In this document: piece after piece, positions 61,833-64,000 of the stretch | Position numbering within the stretch: the first letter of the stretch is position 1 | Layout: every line of letters starts with the position of its first letter | Assembly (NCBI GenBank): GCA_030390025.1 | Contig: CM059432.1 | Location: 127,908,001 to 127,972,000 of the forward strand | DNA length: 64,000 nt | Direction of reading: 5' to 3' | Source: Squalus acanthias | Taxonomy: Eukaryota | Made by a program: the position numbers and the translations under genes | Notes under the pieces: model-generated | The model's input: only the letters and a program-made list of their open reading frames with translations | Database searches by the model: none | Told to the model about the DNA's origin: nothing

Positions 61833-62453
61833 TTTGTATTTCTAATTGAGCTGTTTGGACATCATGAAGGAGTTGATGGGAGAAAGAAGACCTGAAGTAG
61901 CATGCCTTCCTTCAGCTTGGAAAATTGACTTTTTTTTACAAAGCTTCTGTTTAACTTTTAAATTTATATGCTTCCCCTGCCCCCCTGTAGAAAACAGGGA
62001 ACTACTTTTGGATAAAAGTACTTTCCACCCCCCACCCTAGCTTGCCTTCCCACTTAAGCATGTTAAATCCATACCTGAAGTAGTCTACCAAAGCCACCGA
62101 GCTCTAGAAACTGGTCTCCTTTGTATGAAGGCAATCTATTTGTAATATATTTTATTGATTAATATTTGTGCACTAAATAATGGAAAATTGGAAATCTGGA
62201 TTATAAATCCATTATTCCATTTAAACACATCAAAACTGACTATTTTCTGAGCAGATTGAATTTGGCAACACAATGTATATTAGCTGTGACTTGTTATGAA
62301 TGTGTGCAGTGTTTGTTATATCTATGAATGCTCATTGTATGTTAGTACTTCCATTATTTACTGTATCCTTTGATAAAGTGGGGACATAATTTTACTAAAA
62401 TTATCGAGTTTTTTGTAAAATATTCAAATAGCAATAACCTACTATTTACGATA

Positions 62454-62577
62454 GCAAAATACTGCAGATGCTGGATATCCAAAATAACCACAGAAAACGC
62501 TGGAAAAACTCAGCAGGCCAGGCAGCATCCGTGGAGAGAGAAACAGAGTTAACGTTTCAGGTCTAAGACCTTTAATC
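62454..62577 (-). mobile_element. Family B PLE mini-copy (decayed hammerhead plus tail)
   Basis: Helix II AGGTC/GACCT and GAAACGTT retained; CUGANGA box degraded. Confidence 0.8.
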
Positions 62578-63450
62578 TTATGTTAATAAATTTAGCAATA
62601 TGGTATCAGTAAAAGTTATTTCTACGCTCGGGTTATGGAGAAAGTGTTAACACCACATCATTCATAGAAATGAGACTTCATATAATGGTGATCATTTGCA
62701 TTTTGATGCTTTGATAATCTCATGGTTGATTGGGAGAGGAGCGAGGATGATCTAATTTTCTGAATCAAGTCAGAAGAATAAATTGGGGATTATTACAAAT
62801 CAAAGTACAAAAATGAAAAAGGAACACCACACCTCGAACAAATGGCCACCAAAATTTGAGCTGGAGAGGATTAGAACATTGGCTGACAAGTGAGCTCCAC
62901 AAGGAGGACACCATTTAAAATACATTAAAATATATATATTTATTTATTTTATTTATTAATTATTACTTGCTTTTGTTTGTTATGACTGAAGGGAATTATT
63001 GAGTGAATATTTAAAAGATGTCCTGGGGTGGTGGAAACAATGTACAGATTAAGCATTAATATTGTGAGCAAGATAAATTTATACTTGCATGCCTTTAAAA
63101 ACTTGTAGATTGCCATGCTGTAAAGTTGTCAATTCTGTTTTACAATCTCAATATAAAATTAGAATTTGCAGTTATCCCAAGGAATTGACCATTTATGATG
63201 TCATTTGAAATCAAAGAAATGTGCACTATTGCAGGATAATTCTGGAGAGCCTGTTATCTCCAATTGCTATATATAAACTCCTATTCTGCAACAATCTTGA
63301 CTGCTATCTGTCCAGAAGAATCTTGCTACTCTCAGTACGTTGCTGTGCTGATAGTGCAGCTTCATCATATACAGCTGTCCTAGTTCTACGCATTTCAAAA
63401 ATTCACTTGCAGTTCAGTTTAAGGTTGTTTCACAAACTATTTGACAAAGG

Positions 63451-63945
63451 CCAAATACTGCGGATGCTGGAAATCTGAAATATAAACAGAAAATGCTGGA
63501 AATACTCAGCAGGTCAGGCAGCATCTGTGAAGAGAGAAACAGTTAACATTTCAGGTTGGTGACCTTTCATCAGAACTGGAAAATGTTACAGCTGTAACAG
63601 GTTTTAAGCAAGTACAGAAGCGGGGGAGGGGAGGAAAGAACAAAAGAGTAGGTCTGTGTTAGAAATAACAACAGAAAATGCTGGAAATACTCAGCAGGCC
63701 AGGCAGCATCCGTGGAGAGAGAAACAGAGTTAACGTTTCAGGTCTGGGACCCTTCATCAGAACAGTCTGTGTTAGGGTGGAAGACGAGTGATTAAATGAT
63801 ACATGGCATGATTGTGCAAGGCAAAAGGGGTGGTAATGGGACAAGTAAAGAAACAAAAGATGGGTCTAGAGAAGCTGTAAATGGCAATGGCAGAATCATT
63901 ACTAGCACCTGCTGTCTGGAAAAAATGGGGAGCAGTGGTTATGAA
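63451..63945 (-). mobile_element. Family B PLE pLTR with a nested 102-bp mini-copy (63663-63764)
   Basis: Hammerheads at 63541-63577 (partly mutated) and 63729-63763 (GTT-CTGATGA-A-GGGTC-cca-GACCT-GAAACGTT-AAC); 11-bp TSD GTCTGTGTTAG. Confidence 0.88.
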
Positions 63946-64000
63946 CTGACTCCCAACAGCTACCTTGATTACACTGCTTCCCACCCCGCTTCCTGGAAGG

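Overview
Repeat-dense vertebrate non-coding DNA, most likely a cartilaginous fish (inferred from HE1-like V-SINEs, Deu-domain SINEs and HER1/CR1 LINEs). I found no host exon, rRNA, true tRNA gene or CRISPR array I can support. Every recognisable ORF is a transposon remnant: one near-full-length RTE-BovB LINE, many CR1-type and L2 fragments, a decayed two-gene PIF/Harbinger element, hAT, Tc1/pogo and Harbinger MITEs, and several SINEs. The most notable content is two families of Penelope-like elements (PLEs) carrying minimal type I hammerhead ribozymes. They occur as (i) fold-back palindromes, including a perfect 223-bp-arm ORF-less element with a 14-bp TSD, (ii) ~90-125 bp mini-insertions made of little more than the ribozyme plus 3' segment, and (iii) a chimera carrying modules of both families. 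Smaller oddities include an 89-bp duplication flanking the RTE and two micro-inversions at the homologous RT motif of two LINE families. All family names come from motif recognition, not database searches, and old-repeat boundaries are approximate.
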